Shown here piece by piece: positions 29,381 to 38,380 of a DNA stretch of 43,139 nt (its first letter is position 1; every line of letters begins with the position of its first letter). The stretch is taken from contig VFZK01000002.1 in NCBI GenBank assembly GCA_016871215.1, forward strand, positions 1-43,139. Reading direction: 5' to 3'. A program made the position numbers and the translations under genes. The notes under the pieces were generated by a model that saw only the letters and a program-made list of their open reading frames with translations, was not told the origin of the DNA and made no database searches. The stretch is from Acidimicrobiia bacterium. Its GTDB lineage: Bacteria; Acidobacteriota; Terriglobia; Versatilivoradales; Versatilivoraceae.

Positions 29381-30739
29381 TCAGCTCTGCCTGTCGAAGA
29401 GCCGGCCCGGTTCGGCAAGGCAGCATCGGGCGAGTTTCCTAGCGACGCGGGCTCGCCGGTTCTTCCACTTCTGCGCGGCAGCCTGGTCTCGCAGTTGGGC
29501 CAAGGCGGACTCGCTCAGCCTGAGAGCTTCAGTCAAATCGCGCTTCCGATGCTCGTAGTAGATTGCAAGCTCCTCGTGGACATCTTCGAGAAAGCCTTCG
29601 CTGCTCTCGCTGAGACCCTGCCAGAGATCGGCCGCTTCGGTATACCTTCTTTCCCGCTTCAGCCGTGAAGCTTTGGCCTTCTTGGCTTCCAGCTCAACGT
29701 TGTCCGGCAAACCTCCGAGCAGCGCCGCCTCGCTCCAGCGCACGGCAAGCTCTTGCTCTCCGAGCGCGCCCGCGTATTTTCCTGCGCTGTAGAGATCCAG
29801 AGGTACCAAGTCATCGCTCGATTGGCCCGAGAAGATCTCCCCCATCCGGACCGCCAGACGCGCCAGTGTTTCAATGTCCCAGCGGTTGTGCCTCAAGATG
29901 CCAGCGATCGCTTCGGGATCTTGCGTGCGGACGTAGCGGAAGTAGAGCTGTGGAATCAGGCGTCCGGGGATGTCGTTTTGTCGTCCGATCCCCAGAATGT
30001 GGCTCTCCAGGTTTGCCAAAGAACAATCTCCCAACCGCCGTTGCCAAATTCGGCGGGCTGGGTGGAGCAGATCCAGATGGACGACGCCGTCCAGCGGCCA
30101 GCGTTGGCGCGCCAGTACGAATCGAGATTGCAGCAGGGGAAGGTCGAAGGCTTTTCCATTGAACGTCACTAACCCATCGGCATGGGCGAGGCGCTCCTGC
30201 AAGGCCACCAACATCGCCCTCTCTTCGTGGTAGTCGCGCATCAGATACTGCTCGACCACAAAGCCGTCACCGGACCAACGTCCCACACCAATCAGAAAGG
30301 CCACCGTTCCCGCTCCTCCCGACAGGCCGGTGGTCTCAGTGTCCAAGAAAACGATCGACTGAGGATTGCCCGTCCATTGCTGGGCGCAAAGGAGCCGAAT
30401 CAGCCGGGCAAGATGCATTACTTGCTGGGGGCCATCGAGTGGAAGGGGCGAATGAGAAACCTGGTGCAGGAACGATGGACCATCATTGCCCTGCATAAGA
30501 TCTGCCAGGGCGCCTGGCAGCTCGCCGGACTCGTTGCCAGCACGCGGCGCCTGATCCCGCTGCAGTCTTCGAGTTCGGTTACGGAGTTTCTCTAAGCTGG
30601 ATCGAAGCGACGTCGCAGGCAGGCTCTGCGATTTGTCTGGTGTCGCTCGAGCCTCAACCGTCTTGGGCTGGGAAGCCATTCGGGCTTCGTTTCGCGTCTT
30701 GACGAGCTGTTGTTGCGCTAACTTCTTCGCGAGATTCAT
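29381..30739 (-). CDS. RNase H-like (DEDD) exonuclease with C-terminal TPR-like helical region, YprB/MrfB-like
   Basis: IVFLDTETTGLSGGAGTVAFLIGVG (DxE), LVTFNGKAFDLPLL, HLDLLHPARRIW and RHNRWDIETL. The helical C-terminus contains YYEH. It sits 28 nt downstream of the helicase gene. Confidence 0.75.
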   Translation of the reverse strand: MNLAKKLAQQQLVKTRNEARMASQPKTVEARATPDKSQSLPATSLRSSLEKLRNRTRRLQRDQAPRAGNESGELPGALADLMQGNDGPSFLHQVSHSPLPLDGPQQVMHLARLIRLLCAQQWTGNPQSIVFLDTETTGLSGGAGTVAFLIGVGRWSGDGFVVEQYLMRDYHEERAMLVALQERLAHADGLVTFNGKAFDLPLLQSRFVLARQRWPLDGVVHLDLLHPARRIWQRRLGDCSLANLESHILGIGRQNDIPGRLIPQLYFRYVRTQDPEAIAGILRHNRWDIETLARLAVRMGEIFSGQSSDDLVPLDLYSAGKYAGALGEQELAVRWSEAALLGGLPDNVELEAKKAKASRLKRERRYTEAADLWQGLSESSEGFLEDVHEELAIYYEHRKRDLTEALRLSESALAQLRDQAAAQKWKNRRARVARKLARCCLAEPGRLFDRQS

Positions 30740-30767
30740 CCGGTATTAGAAGCGGCCAGGCCGGGTG

Positions 30768-33104
30768 CTATAGAATCGCCTTCAGGATATCCAGTGCCAC
30801 ACGTTTGCCCAGGTCGCCCGTTTCCCCCTGTGGACCGACACAGCTCGGGCAGCCTTCCTGGCAAGGGCAGCTTCGAATCAGCCGCGCGGTCTCCTGCAAC
30901 ACTCGATCGTGCAGATCAAACAGAGGTTCGCTCAGCCCGATGCCGCTCGGATAGTTGTCGTAGATGAAGATGTTGGGCTCGAAGATCTGGCGCGGGAGGT
31001 CCCGACCCTTCTGGGCAGGGCTCACAGCTCGCCCCGGCGTCTCACCTACAAGATTTTCTTCTATTGTCACCTGGAGATCGCGGGGATCGCACATCAAAAA
31101 AAGGGCAGCCATCTGGCGCATGGCCTCGGCGAGCCCGCGAACGCCATTGAGCCGGATCGATGGGAGGTAAAGCAGCGACTCCATGAGCGATCTTGGCAAG
31201 GTGAGCCAATAGGAAGTGGTGTGCATTTCCTGCTCTGGCAACTCCAGGTCGCCAGCGCCGACGTTCTCCAGCGTATAGAACTTGATCTTCTTGAACCCGA
31301 CGACCTGAGTTGTCAGATGAATCTCGCCCCACTGTTTCGTGCTGCTCCTGAGGAGTTGCCTGTCGAATGTGTCCAGGATGCGCACTTGGGTATAGGAAAT
31401 GGCGTCCGTGAAGTAGTCCAAGTCCACGCGTTTGACGTGAGCCCGCCGTTCCTTGTAGTCGAGCTTTTCCACGAAATACTGCTGGCCCTCGTGAATATAG
31501 ATGGCCTTCTCGTGCACCGTCGTCAGCGCGCTGGGGAAATCCACCTTGCTGACGATCTTGGGCTCGGCCGTCACATCGAGGACTACGAAATTGTCTGAGC
31601 TGACCGACCTGAGGCTGACCGCGTCGGCCGGGTAAGCCTCGCTGGTCCAGTGCCACTGCCCTCCGGCGGCGTGCACGAAGCCGTTCTCCTCGAGAAACTT
31701 CATCATCTCGCGGGTCTCGACTGTGCCGAAATTCTCGCCATCACTGAACGGTAACTCGAACAGAGCACATTTCACATGGTTCAGCAAAATCTCCAGGTTG
31801 TCTGGATTCACAAGCCCATGCTCGGGAGACTGGCCGAAAAAGTATTCTGGATGCTCCACGATGAACTGATCGAGCGGCGCGCTGCTTGCCACCAGTACGG
31901 CAGCCGAAACGCCGCTACGCCGCCCGGCCCGGCCGGCGCGCTGCCAGGTGGACGCGATGGTTCCCGAGTATCCGGCCATGACGCAGACTTCCAGGCTGCC
32001 AATATCGACACCGAGCTCCAGAGCGTTGGTGGCTACCACTCCGAGAATCCTGCCTTCGCGCAGCCCTTTCTCCACCTCGCGCCGTTCCAGCGGCAGATAC
32101 CCGCCTCGATATCCACGCACCAAGTCTCGGGACAGGACGTTTTTTTCCAGCGCATCCTTCAAATAAGTGACGAGAATCTCCGTAACCAGCCGGCTGTTCG
32201 CAAAGACCAGCGTTTGGAGTCCTTTCTTCAGAAAACTCAGCGCCACCGAACGAGTTTCGTTGACGTACGACCGGCGGATGCCAAGCTGCCGATTCACGAC
32301 CGGCGGGTTGTAGAAAACGAAGTACTTCTCGCCTCGCGGCGCCCCGTTGTCGTCGACCAGTTCTACATCGTCCTCCAAAAGCTTCGTTGCCAGTTCCTTC
32401 GGATTGGCGATGGTGGCCGAGCAGCAGACGAACTGCGGCTTCGACCCGTAAAAAGCGCAGATTCGCTTCAGACGCCGTAGTAGGTTCGTCAGGTGGCTGC
32501 CGAATACGCCGCGATAGGTGTGCAGCTCGTCGATAACGACATACTTCAAGTTCTCGAAGAGCTGCACCCACTTGGTGTGGTGCGGCAGGATGCCGGCGTG
32601 CAGCATGTCAGGGTTGCTGACCACCACGTGCCCTTGCGCGCGAATGGCGCGACGTGAGTCTTGCGGCGTATCGCCGTCGTACGTGAAGGTCTTGATGTCC
32701 CTGCCCGAGAGCTGGATGAGCTGGTAAAGCTCTTCCATCTGATCCTGTGCCAGCGCTTTGGTCGGGAACAGATACAGCGCCCGTGCGTCTGGCGAAGCGA
32801 AAACGGCGTTCATCACCGGAATGTTGTAGCAGAGCGTCTTGCCAGAAGCCGTGGGTGTGACGACCACGACGTTGCGCCCTGCCAGCGTCTGCTGAATCGC
32901 CTCCGCTTGATGGGTATACAGCTGCCCAATGCCTCGTTTCTTGAAGACCTCGATGACGAGCGGATCAAGACCACCAGGAAACGCGGCATATCGTGCCTCC
33001 TGGGCAGGAAAATGTTCGACGTGCGTGATGCACGATTGCAGCCCGCGTGAAAGTTTCAATTCCTCGACGATGCGAGGGATGGAAGGCGACAAACTAGCTT
33101 GCAT
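30768..33104 (-). CDS. DEAD/DEAH-box (DExH) helicase with C-terminal DUF1998/MZB zinc domain, YprA/MrfA-like
   Basis: LYTHQAEAI, Walker A TPTASGKT, VIDELHTY (DExH), CSAT, QRAGRAGRR, and the terminal four-Cys cluster SCPCQEGCPSCV. Confidence 0.85.
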   Translation of the reverse strand: MQASLSPSIPRIVEELKLSRGLQSCITHVEHFPAQEARYAAFPGGLDPLVIEVFKKRGIGQLYTHQAEAIQQTLAGRNVVVVTPTASGKTLCYNIPVMNAVFASPDARALYLFPTKALAQDQMEELYQLIQLSGRDIKTFTYDGDTPQDSRRAIRAQGHVVVSNPDMLHAGILPHHTKWVQLFENLKYVVIDELHTYRGVFGSHLTNLLRRLKRICAFYGSKPQFVCCSATIANPKELATKLLEDDVELVDDNGAPRGEKYFVFYNPPVVNRQLGIRRSYVNETRSVALSFLKKGLQTLVFANSRLVTEILVTYLKDALEKNVLSRDLVRGYRGGYLPLERREVEKGLREGRILGVVATNALELGVDIGSLEVCVMAGYSGTIASTWQRAGRAGRRSGVSAAVLVASSAPLDQFIVEHPEYFFGQSPEHGLVNPDNLEILLNHVKCALFELPFSDGENFGTVETREMMKFLEENGFVHAAGGQWHWTSEAYPADAVSLRSVSSDNFVVLDVTAEPKIVSKVDFPSALTTVHEKAIYIHEGQQYFVEKLDYKERRAHVKRVDLDYFTDAISYTQVRILDTFDRQLLRSSTKQWGEIHLTTQVVGFKKIKFYTLENVGAGDLELPEQEMHTTSYWLTLPRSLMESLLYLPSIRLNGVRGLAEAMRQMAALFLMCDPRDLQVTIEENLVGETPGRAVSPAQKGRDLPRQIFEPNIFIYDNYPSGIGLSEPLFDLHDRVLQETARLIRSCPCQEGCPSCVGPQGETGDLGKRVALDILKAIL

Positions 33105-33238
33105 GAGGATCCGTGCGTGTTGGCCAAGCGAGAGAGAAAGAAACTTCTGACAGCACTAGCTGCGGCACTCCGGTGCGGACATGGGTTCGCAAAAGAACCG
33201 TCAACGGCCGAGGGCAGACACCCCAAACACCTGGCTCG

Positions 33239-35275
33239 CTAACCCAAGTACTTCTGCAACCACTCGAAGAACGTCTTGTACCATAACTGGCTGTTGGCTG
33301 GCTTGAGAATCCAGTGGCCTTCATCCGGGAAGTAGAGCATTGTCGAAGGCACTCCCTGGCGCTGCAGGTAAGTGAACAGTTGAAACCCTTCACCGATTGG
33401 CACACGGAAGTCCAATTCACCATGGATGACGAGCATCGGTGTCTTGAGGTTCTTGGCGAAGGCATGCGGCGACCATCTCTCATAAGTCTCACGGTTGGTC
33501 CAGGGAGTCCCTTTAAACTCCCATTCGGGGAACCACAGTTCCTCGGTAACGCCATACATGCTGGTCAGATTGAAAACCCCGGCGTGCGAAATAAGACACC
33601 TGAAGCGATCGGTGTGGCCGGCAATCCAGTTCGCCATATACCCGCCGAACGATCCCCCAGCCGCCGCCATCCGATTTGGGTCGACATACCCCAGCCCCAC
33701 CGCGTAATCCACCGACTTCATCAGGTCTTCGTAGACTTTGCCGCCCCAATCGTCGCGGATGCCGTCGACGAACTGCTGCCCGAAGCTGGTGCTGCCGTGC
33801 GGATTGGGCATCGATACCACGTACCCCTGAGCAGCAAACACCTGGGCATTCCAGCGGTAACTCATGGCGTCGCCCCAAACCCCTTGGGGGCCACCGTGAA
33901 TGGCGAGTAGCAGAGGATACTTCTTAGCTGGATCGAAGTTTGGAGGCTTCACAATCCAGGTCTGGATTTTCGAGCCTCCGGCGCCGCTGTACCACAGCGA
34001 CTCTGGCTGCTTCAATTCGACCTGTGACAGCAGTTCGCGATTCATTGATGTCAGCGCTCTCAGCTGGCTGCCGTCAGCCAACGCGCTGTAGATCTCGGCA
34101 GGCGCCGACAGGCTCTGATGCGAAAAGACCAGCTGCTTTCCGTCGGGCGACACCTGAAGGTCGTCGTTGGTGTGGGCATCCAGGACTTTGCGAACCGGGC
34201 CCCCGCTCAAATCGACTCGGAACACCGGCTGGCGCGCTTCATCGCCGGCAATGAGCAACAGTGCTTTGGAATCGGGTGTCCATTGAAAGCCTTCGATGTG
34301 CCGGTCGAAAGTCTCGGTCAGACTCTTGATTGCTGCCGACGTTCGGTCGTAGATCATCAACTGCCAGCGATCTGCCTCATAGCCAGCACGCGCTTGGGAG
34401 CGAAAGGCAATGAATTTGCCGTCAGGCGAGTAAAGCGGAGACGCATCCGCCCCCGGATTGAAAGTGATCTTTCTGGGAGATCTGGTTCCGTCAACCGGGA
34501 CAACAAAAAGGTCGGTGTTGGTGCTCAGGGCTTCGTTCTGGTCGTTGTTACGCACGAAGCAAAGCTCTTTGCCGTCGGGCGAGAAGGCGTAATCGTCGGG
34601 TCCTCCGAGCGAAAACGGGGGAGCATCGGCGTCGCCGGTTGTCAGATCCTTCGGGATTCCACCCTCGATCGGCACAACGAATACATGACTCCGTTTCCCT
34701 CCTTTCCAGGCGTTCCAGTGCCGAAACAACAGCTTCTCGAGCACCTGCGCCTTCACCGGACTGGTTTCGCGCTCCTTGTCTCTTTTCTGGCTGCATGCCA
34801 GATCGGGGCAGTCTGGGTACACCTCGGAAACGAAGGCCAGATTCTTGCCGTCAGGCGACCAAGCGACGCCCGAGACTTCGATGCCTTGGGTGTCCACCGG
34901 AACGGCTTCGCCGCCGCTGGTCGCAAGAACCCATATCTGCGAGATTCCCGATCGGGTGGAAACGAACGCTAACCGCTTGCTGTCGAGAGCCCAGCGCGGA
35001 CGCTCGTCCCGTTTGGGGCTGCGCGTCATTTGCCGGGCTTCGCCGCCTTCCCTGGGAATCAGCCAGATATCGCTGTTGCGGGTGTTTGCTTCGACATCGT
35101 AGACGGTGGCCGTGAAGGCCACCCACTGACCGTCGGGCGACAACTGGGGGTCGGCGACGCGCTTCACTTTCATCATTTCCTGGAATCCAAACGGGCGTTT
35201 CTGTGCCCTCGCCACCGGGGTGGAACAGAGAGTCCAGGCAAGCATAACGCTGCACATTGGAACGATTCGGGTCAT
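33239..35275 (-). CDS. S9 family serine peptidase (prolyl oligopeptidase / acylaminoacyl-peptidase type) with N-terminal beta-propeller
   Basis: Signal peptide MTRIVPMCSVMLAWTLCSTPVARA, WD40/TolB-like repeats (SPDG... several times), nucleophile box GGSFGGYMA, and downstream GELDFRVP and DEGHW. Confidence 0.85.
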   Translation of the reverse strand: MTRIVPMCSVMLAWTLCSTPVARAQKRPFGFQEMMKVKRVADPQLSPDGQWVAFTATVYDVEANTRNSDIWLIPREGGEARQMTRSPKRDERPRWALDSKRLAFVSTRSGISQIWVLATSGGEAVPVDTQGIEVSGVAWSPDGKNLAFVSEVYPDCPDLACSQKRDKERETSPVKAQVLEKLLFRHWNAWKGGKRSHVFVVPIEGGIPKDLTTGDADAPPFSLGGPDDYAFSPDGKELCFVRNNDQNEALSTNTDLFVVPVDGTRSPRKITFNPGADASPLYSPDGKFIAFRSQARAGYEADRWQLMIYDRTSAAIKSLTETFDRHIEGFQWTPDSKALLLIAGDEARQPVFRVDLSGGPVRKVLDAHTNDDLQVSPDGKQLVFSHQSLSAPAEIYSALADGSQLRALTSMNRELLSQVELKQPESLWYSGAGGSKIQTWIVKPPNFDPAKKYPLLLAIHGGPQGVWGDAMSYRWNAQVFAAQGYVVSMPNPHGSTSFGQQFVDGIRDDWGGKVYEDLMKSVDYAVGLGYVDPNRMAAAGGSFGGYMANWIAGHTDRFRCLISHAGVFNLTSMYGVTEELWFPEWEFKGTPWTNRETYERWSPHAFAKNLKTPMLVIHGELDFRVPIGEGFQLFTYLQRQGVPSTMLYFPDEGHWILKPANSQLWYKTFFEWLQKYLG

Positions 35276-35458
35276 TGGTATTCCTCGTCTAAGGGCTCGG
35301 TTGATGCCGGTTATAGTCGACTGCCTCGAGCGTGTCAATTTCTGAAGTACCGGCCCATTCGCAGCCAGTCGCGACAAGCGTATCCCGACAGGTCTTCCTG
35401 GGGAGACGCGACTTGGAGAGGCCTATTTCAGGCACCGTTGCGCGCGGGCGAGCCGGCG

Positions 35459-35591
35459 CGGGGTCCCGTCAAAGTCGTGAGCCCTCCCTTACGGTCGGCT
35501 ACTGAACAGTCGCGTGGACCAAATCAGTAGCCCGCGCGTTGGCAAGGGCTCGACCTCGACTCAACGACTTACGAGACTTTGACGGGACCCT
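35459..35591 (+). mobile_element. MITE-like non-autonomous element, copy A (133 bp, no ORF)
   Basis: Perfect 16-bp terminal inverted repeats GGGTCCCGTCAAAGTC / GACTTTGACGGGACCC. It is flanked directly by the 11-bp direct repeat GCGAGCCGGCG (35448-35458 and 35592-35602). Nested internal inverted repeats are GAGCCCT/AGGGCTC and GGCTACTGA/TCAGTAGCC. Related copies lie at 3607-3765, 37318-37414 and 43021-43139. Confidence 0.7.
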
Positions 35592-35698
35592 GCGAGCCGG
35601 CGTGCGTTCGTTGACAGCCCATTTCGCCATCGGCTAAGATCGGCGATGGTTCTGGACGGAAAATTCCGATCTGGTGCATCGCGAGGTGTGGGGAAGCC

Positions 35699-36808
35699 AT
35701 GGAGACAAGTGAGGTTCGTTTGATGCGGGAGGAACTCAGGCCGATTGCCGACAAGGTCTTTCAGGGTCAGCGGCTCTCGTTTCAAGACGGCGTGATGCTG
35801 TACACGACACCCGATCTCCATACCGTTGGGGCGCTGGCAAACCACGTGCGCGAGAAATGGAACGGCAATATCGGATATTTCAACATCAATCGCCACCTGA
35901 ACCCAACCAACGTGTGCGTGGTGGACTGCAAGTTTTGCGGCTTTGCGCGCAAACCGAACAAGGGCGGTTACACCATGTCGCTCGAAGAGGCCTACCACCA
36001 TGCATCGCAGGGCTACTCCGAGGCCGTGACAGAGCTTCATATCGTCGGCGGGCTCCATCCCTATTTACCGTTTTCCTATTTCACCGATCTTCTGCGGGGG
36101 CTCAAGGAACGTTTTCCAAAGGTCCATCTGAAGGCCTTTACGATGGTCGAGCTGGATTTCCTGGCCCGGCGAGCCAAGCTGCCGGTTGAAGCCACGATTC
36201 AGGCCTTGAAGGATGCCGGCATGGACAGCTGCCCGGGCGGCGGGGCCGAGATCTTTGCGGAACGCGCGAGAGAGATCATTTGCGACCACAAGGTTTCGGC
36301 AGAGCGATGGCTCGACATCGCGCGAAAGGTTCACCATCTAGGCCTCAAGTCGAACGCGACCATGCTCTACGGGCATGTGGAAACCGTCGAGGAGCGCGTC
36401 GATCATCTGATTCGCTTGCGGGAGCTTCAGGACAATACGGGCGGGTTTCAGTGCTTCATCCCGCTGGCATTCCATCCGGCGAACACCCAGCTGGCGCACT
36501 TGCCGGCGCCCACGGCCATGCTCGATCTGAGGACCATTTCGGTCGCACGCCTGATGCTGGACAATTTCCCTCACGTCAAAGCCTACTGGATCATGATCGG
36601 CGCCAAAACCGCCCAGCTTGGGCTGAACTTTGGAGCGGATGATCTCGACGGAACGGTTGTCGAAGAGAAGATCGTTCACATGGCCGGGGCCCAAACTCCC
36701 GTTGGCATGACTCGCACGGAAATCGAGCATCTGATCCGAGATGCCGGGCGCGATCCCGTCGAACGCGACACCCTGTACCGTCCAGTGCACCGTGCAGCTG
36801 CCGCCTAG
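35699..36808 (+). CDS. mqnE: Radical SAM menaquinone (futalosine pathway) enzyme, aminofutalosine synthase MqnE-like
   Basis: FNINRHLNPTNVCVVDCKFCGFARKP (CxxxCxxC), TELHIVGGLHP, GGGAEIF, MLYGHVE, and LRELQDNTGGFQCFIPL...GADDLDGTVVEEKIVHMAG. The NRHLN form suggests MqnE rather than MqnC. Confidence 0.7.
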   Translation: METSEVRLMREELRPIADKVFQGQRLSFQDGVMLYTTPDLHTVGALANHVREKWNGNIGYFNINRHLNPTNVCVVDCKFCGFARKPNKGGYTMSLEEAYHHASQGYSEAVTELHIVGGLHPYLPFSYFTDLLRGLKERFPKVHLKAFTMVELDFLARRAKLPVEATIQALKDAGMDSCPGGGAEIFAERAREIICDHKVSAERWLDIARKVHHLGLKSNATMLYGHVETVEERVDHLIRLRELQDNTGGFQCFIPLAFHPANTQLAHLPAPTAMLDLRTISVARLMLDNFPHVKAYWIMIGAKTAQLGLNFGADDLDGTVVEEKIVHMAGAQTPVGMTRTEIEHLIRDAGRDPVERDTLYRPVHRAAAA

Positions 36809-36834
36809 CCCGCGTGTAGTCCCCGAGTGTCACC

Positions 36835-37317
36835 TCAAAGAGAAATGAGCTCTGCGCGCGGCTCTCCGCGTTCGATGCAGAGCAGCCCCAGCGAGCGCGG
36901 TAGCGAGAACCGTTTCGGACCGGCACTACCCGGGTTGAAGTAAAGGATCTCTCCCCGTTTCTCAATCAGCGGCACATGACTGTGCCCAAAGACGACAACA
37001 TCGGGCTGCACGCGGTCGATCTTTCCTTGCAAATGCCGGTTCAGGCGCCGGGGATCCCCGAGAATGTGGACCATGAAAATGCGCAGACCGCCGAGCTGAA
37101 TCGTCTTTTCCTCCTCGATTCCAGGCAGCGCATTCCCTTCATCGACATTTCCAGACACAGCGCACACGGGAGCGATCTGCTCGAGCTGCTGCAGCACTCG
37201 CAAGTCTCCAATGTCCCCGGCGTGCAGAACGTGGTTAACCGCAGCAAACAGCTCAGGGATCTTGGGGTCGAAGTGGCCGTGCGTATCGGAAAGGACTCCA
37301 ATGGTGCAGTCGCTCAT
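36835..37317 (-). CDS. Metallophosphoesterase, YfcE/MJ0936 family
   Basis: IGVLSDTHGHF, HAGDIGD, GNVD and VVFGHSHVP. Confidence 0.85.
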   Translation of the reverse strand: MSDCTIGVLSDTHGHFDPKIPELFAAVNHVLHAGDIGDLRVLQQLEQIAPVCAVSGNVDEGNALPGIEEEKTIQLGGLRIFMVHILGDPRRLNRHLQGKIDRVQPDVVVFGHSHVPLIEKRGEILYFNPGSAGPKRFSLPRSLGLLCIERGEPRAELISL

Positions 37318-37414
37318 CGAGAAGCCGCCTTTGCTGACGCGCGGGCAAGTTGATTTGGCTCGCGCGGTTGTTCGTTAGCCTGACCGTAAGAGCTCACGAC
37401 TTTGATGGGACCTG
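37318..37414 (-). repeat. Partial copy (D) of the MITE-like element, inverted relative to copy A
   Basis: GCTGACGCGCGGGCAAGTTGATTTGGCTCGCGCGGTTGTTCGTTAGCCTGACCGTAAGAGCTCACGACTTTGATGGGACCTG aligns to the reverse complement of copy A (…GCCAACGCGCGGGCTACTGATTTGGTCCACGCGACTGTTCAGTAGCCGACCGTAAGGGAGGGCTCACGACTTTGACGGGACCC). The other terminus is missing and abuts the phosphoesterase start codon. Confidence 0.5.
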
Positions 37415-37646
37415 GCTCCAACAAGCTTGGGGTTGCCGCTTCTCCGGCTTGCCCGGCTTCGAGCAGAGCCAGAGCACAGTTCACTGCCCTCGCCCCTTCT
37501 GAATACCCACGACCCAACTCCCTCCAATCGCCCGGTTCGTGGGTTGTGGTATACTCCGCTGGCTTAGGCGGCAGTTAGTTACCAGCCCGGAATCGTCGAG
37601 ATGCTCGAAACGCCTTAAGGCTCTTTCCCTCAGGGGCTCTCTTCAA

Positions 37647-38339
37647 ATGAAAACTGAGAAAATCTCCGAGTTTACGGTCAGCCGGTTGTCAATCTACCTG
37701 CGTTGCCTCAATCTGCTGGCCGCTTCAGGAGTAACGACCACGTCCTCTCAGGCGCTGGCACAGCAGTTCCAATTGAACTCAGCCCAGATTCGAAAAGACC
37801 TCACCTATTTTGGAGAGTTCGGCGTTCGTGGCGTTGGCTACAACGTTGCCGAGCTCCGGCAGCAGTTGAGCAAGATTCTGGGACTTGACCTGATTCATCG
37901 CATTGGCATCATCGGAGCCGGAAACCTGGGGATGGCTCTGGCCAACTATCGAGGATTCGATCCAAGCCATTTCCAAGTGGCCGCGATGTTTGACCGCGAT
38001 CTATCGCGCGTCGGCGAGACTTCGCGAAGCGGCGTCTACGTGTACCACATTAAGGACTTGAAGCCGATCGTAGCCAGCGAAAACATCCGCATCGGCGTGA
38101 TCTGCGTGCCGGCCGACGACGCGCAAGAGGTGGCAAACCTCCTGGTCACCGCGGGTATAACAGCCATTCTGAATTTTGCGCCGGTCCGAGTGCATACCGA
38201 TCCGAAAGTGAAGCTGAAAAGCATTGACCTCGCGATTTCGTTCGAAAGCCTGTCGTATTTCGTGGCTAAGCCGGCGCAAGCTCAAGCCGAATCCCGGAAA
38301 TTCGTTCCCCACGCCGCCGGGGAAATCGTGTCCGATTGA
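37647..38339 (+). CDS. rex: Redox-sensing transcriptional repressor Rex
   Basis: Winged-helix N-terminus VSRLSIYLRCLNLL and Rossmann box IGIIGAGNLGMALANY. Confidence 0.85.
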   Translation: MKTEKISEFTVSRLSIYLRCLNLLAASGVTTTSSQALAQQFQLNSAQIRKDLTYFGEFGVRGVGYNVAELRQQLSKILGLDLIHRIGIIGAGNLGMALANYRGFDPSHFQVAAMFDRDLSRVGETSRSGVYVYHIKDLKPIVASENIRIGVICVPADDAQEVANLLVTAGITAILNFAPVRVHTDPKVKLKSIDLAISFESLSYFVAKPAQAQAESRKFVPHAAGEIVSD

Positions 38340-38380
38340 ACCTCTGCCAGGGGTGAGCGAAGTGGGCCGCTTTCGCTAGC

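Noticed and set aside
33185-33198. GTTC-gcaaaa-GAAC inverted repeat upstream of the helicase gene as a possible LexA/SOS box
   Set aside because: There are only 4-bp arms, and the orientation and spacing differ from the known GAAC-N4-GTTC type boxes. The LexA motif for this lineage is unknown to me, so this is too weak to call.
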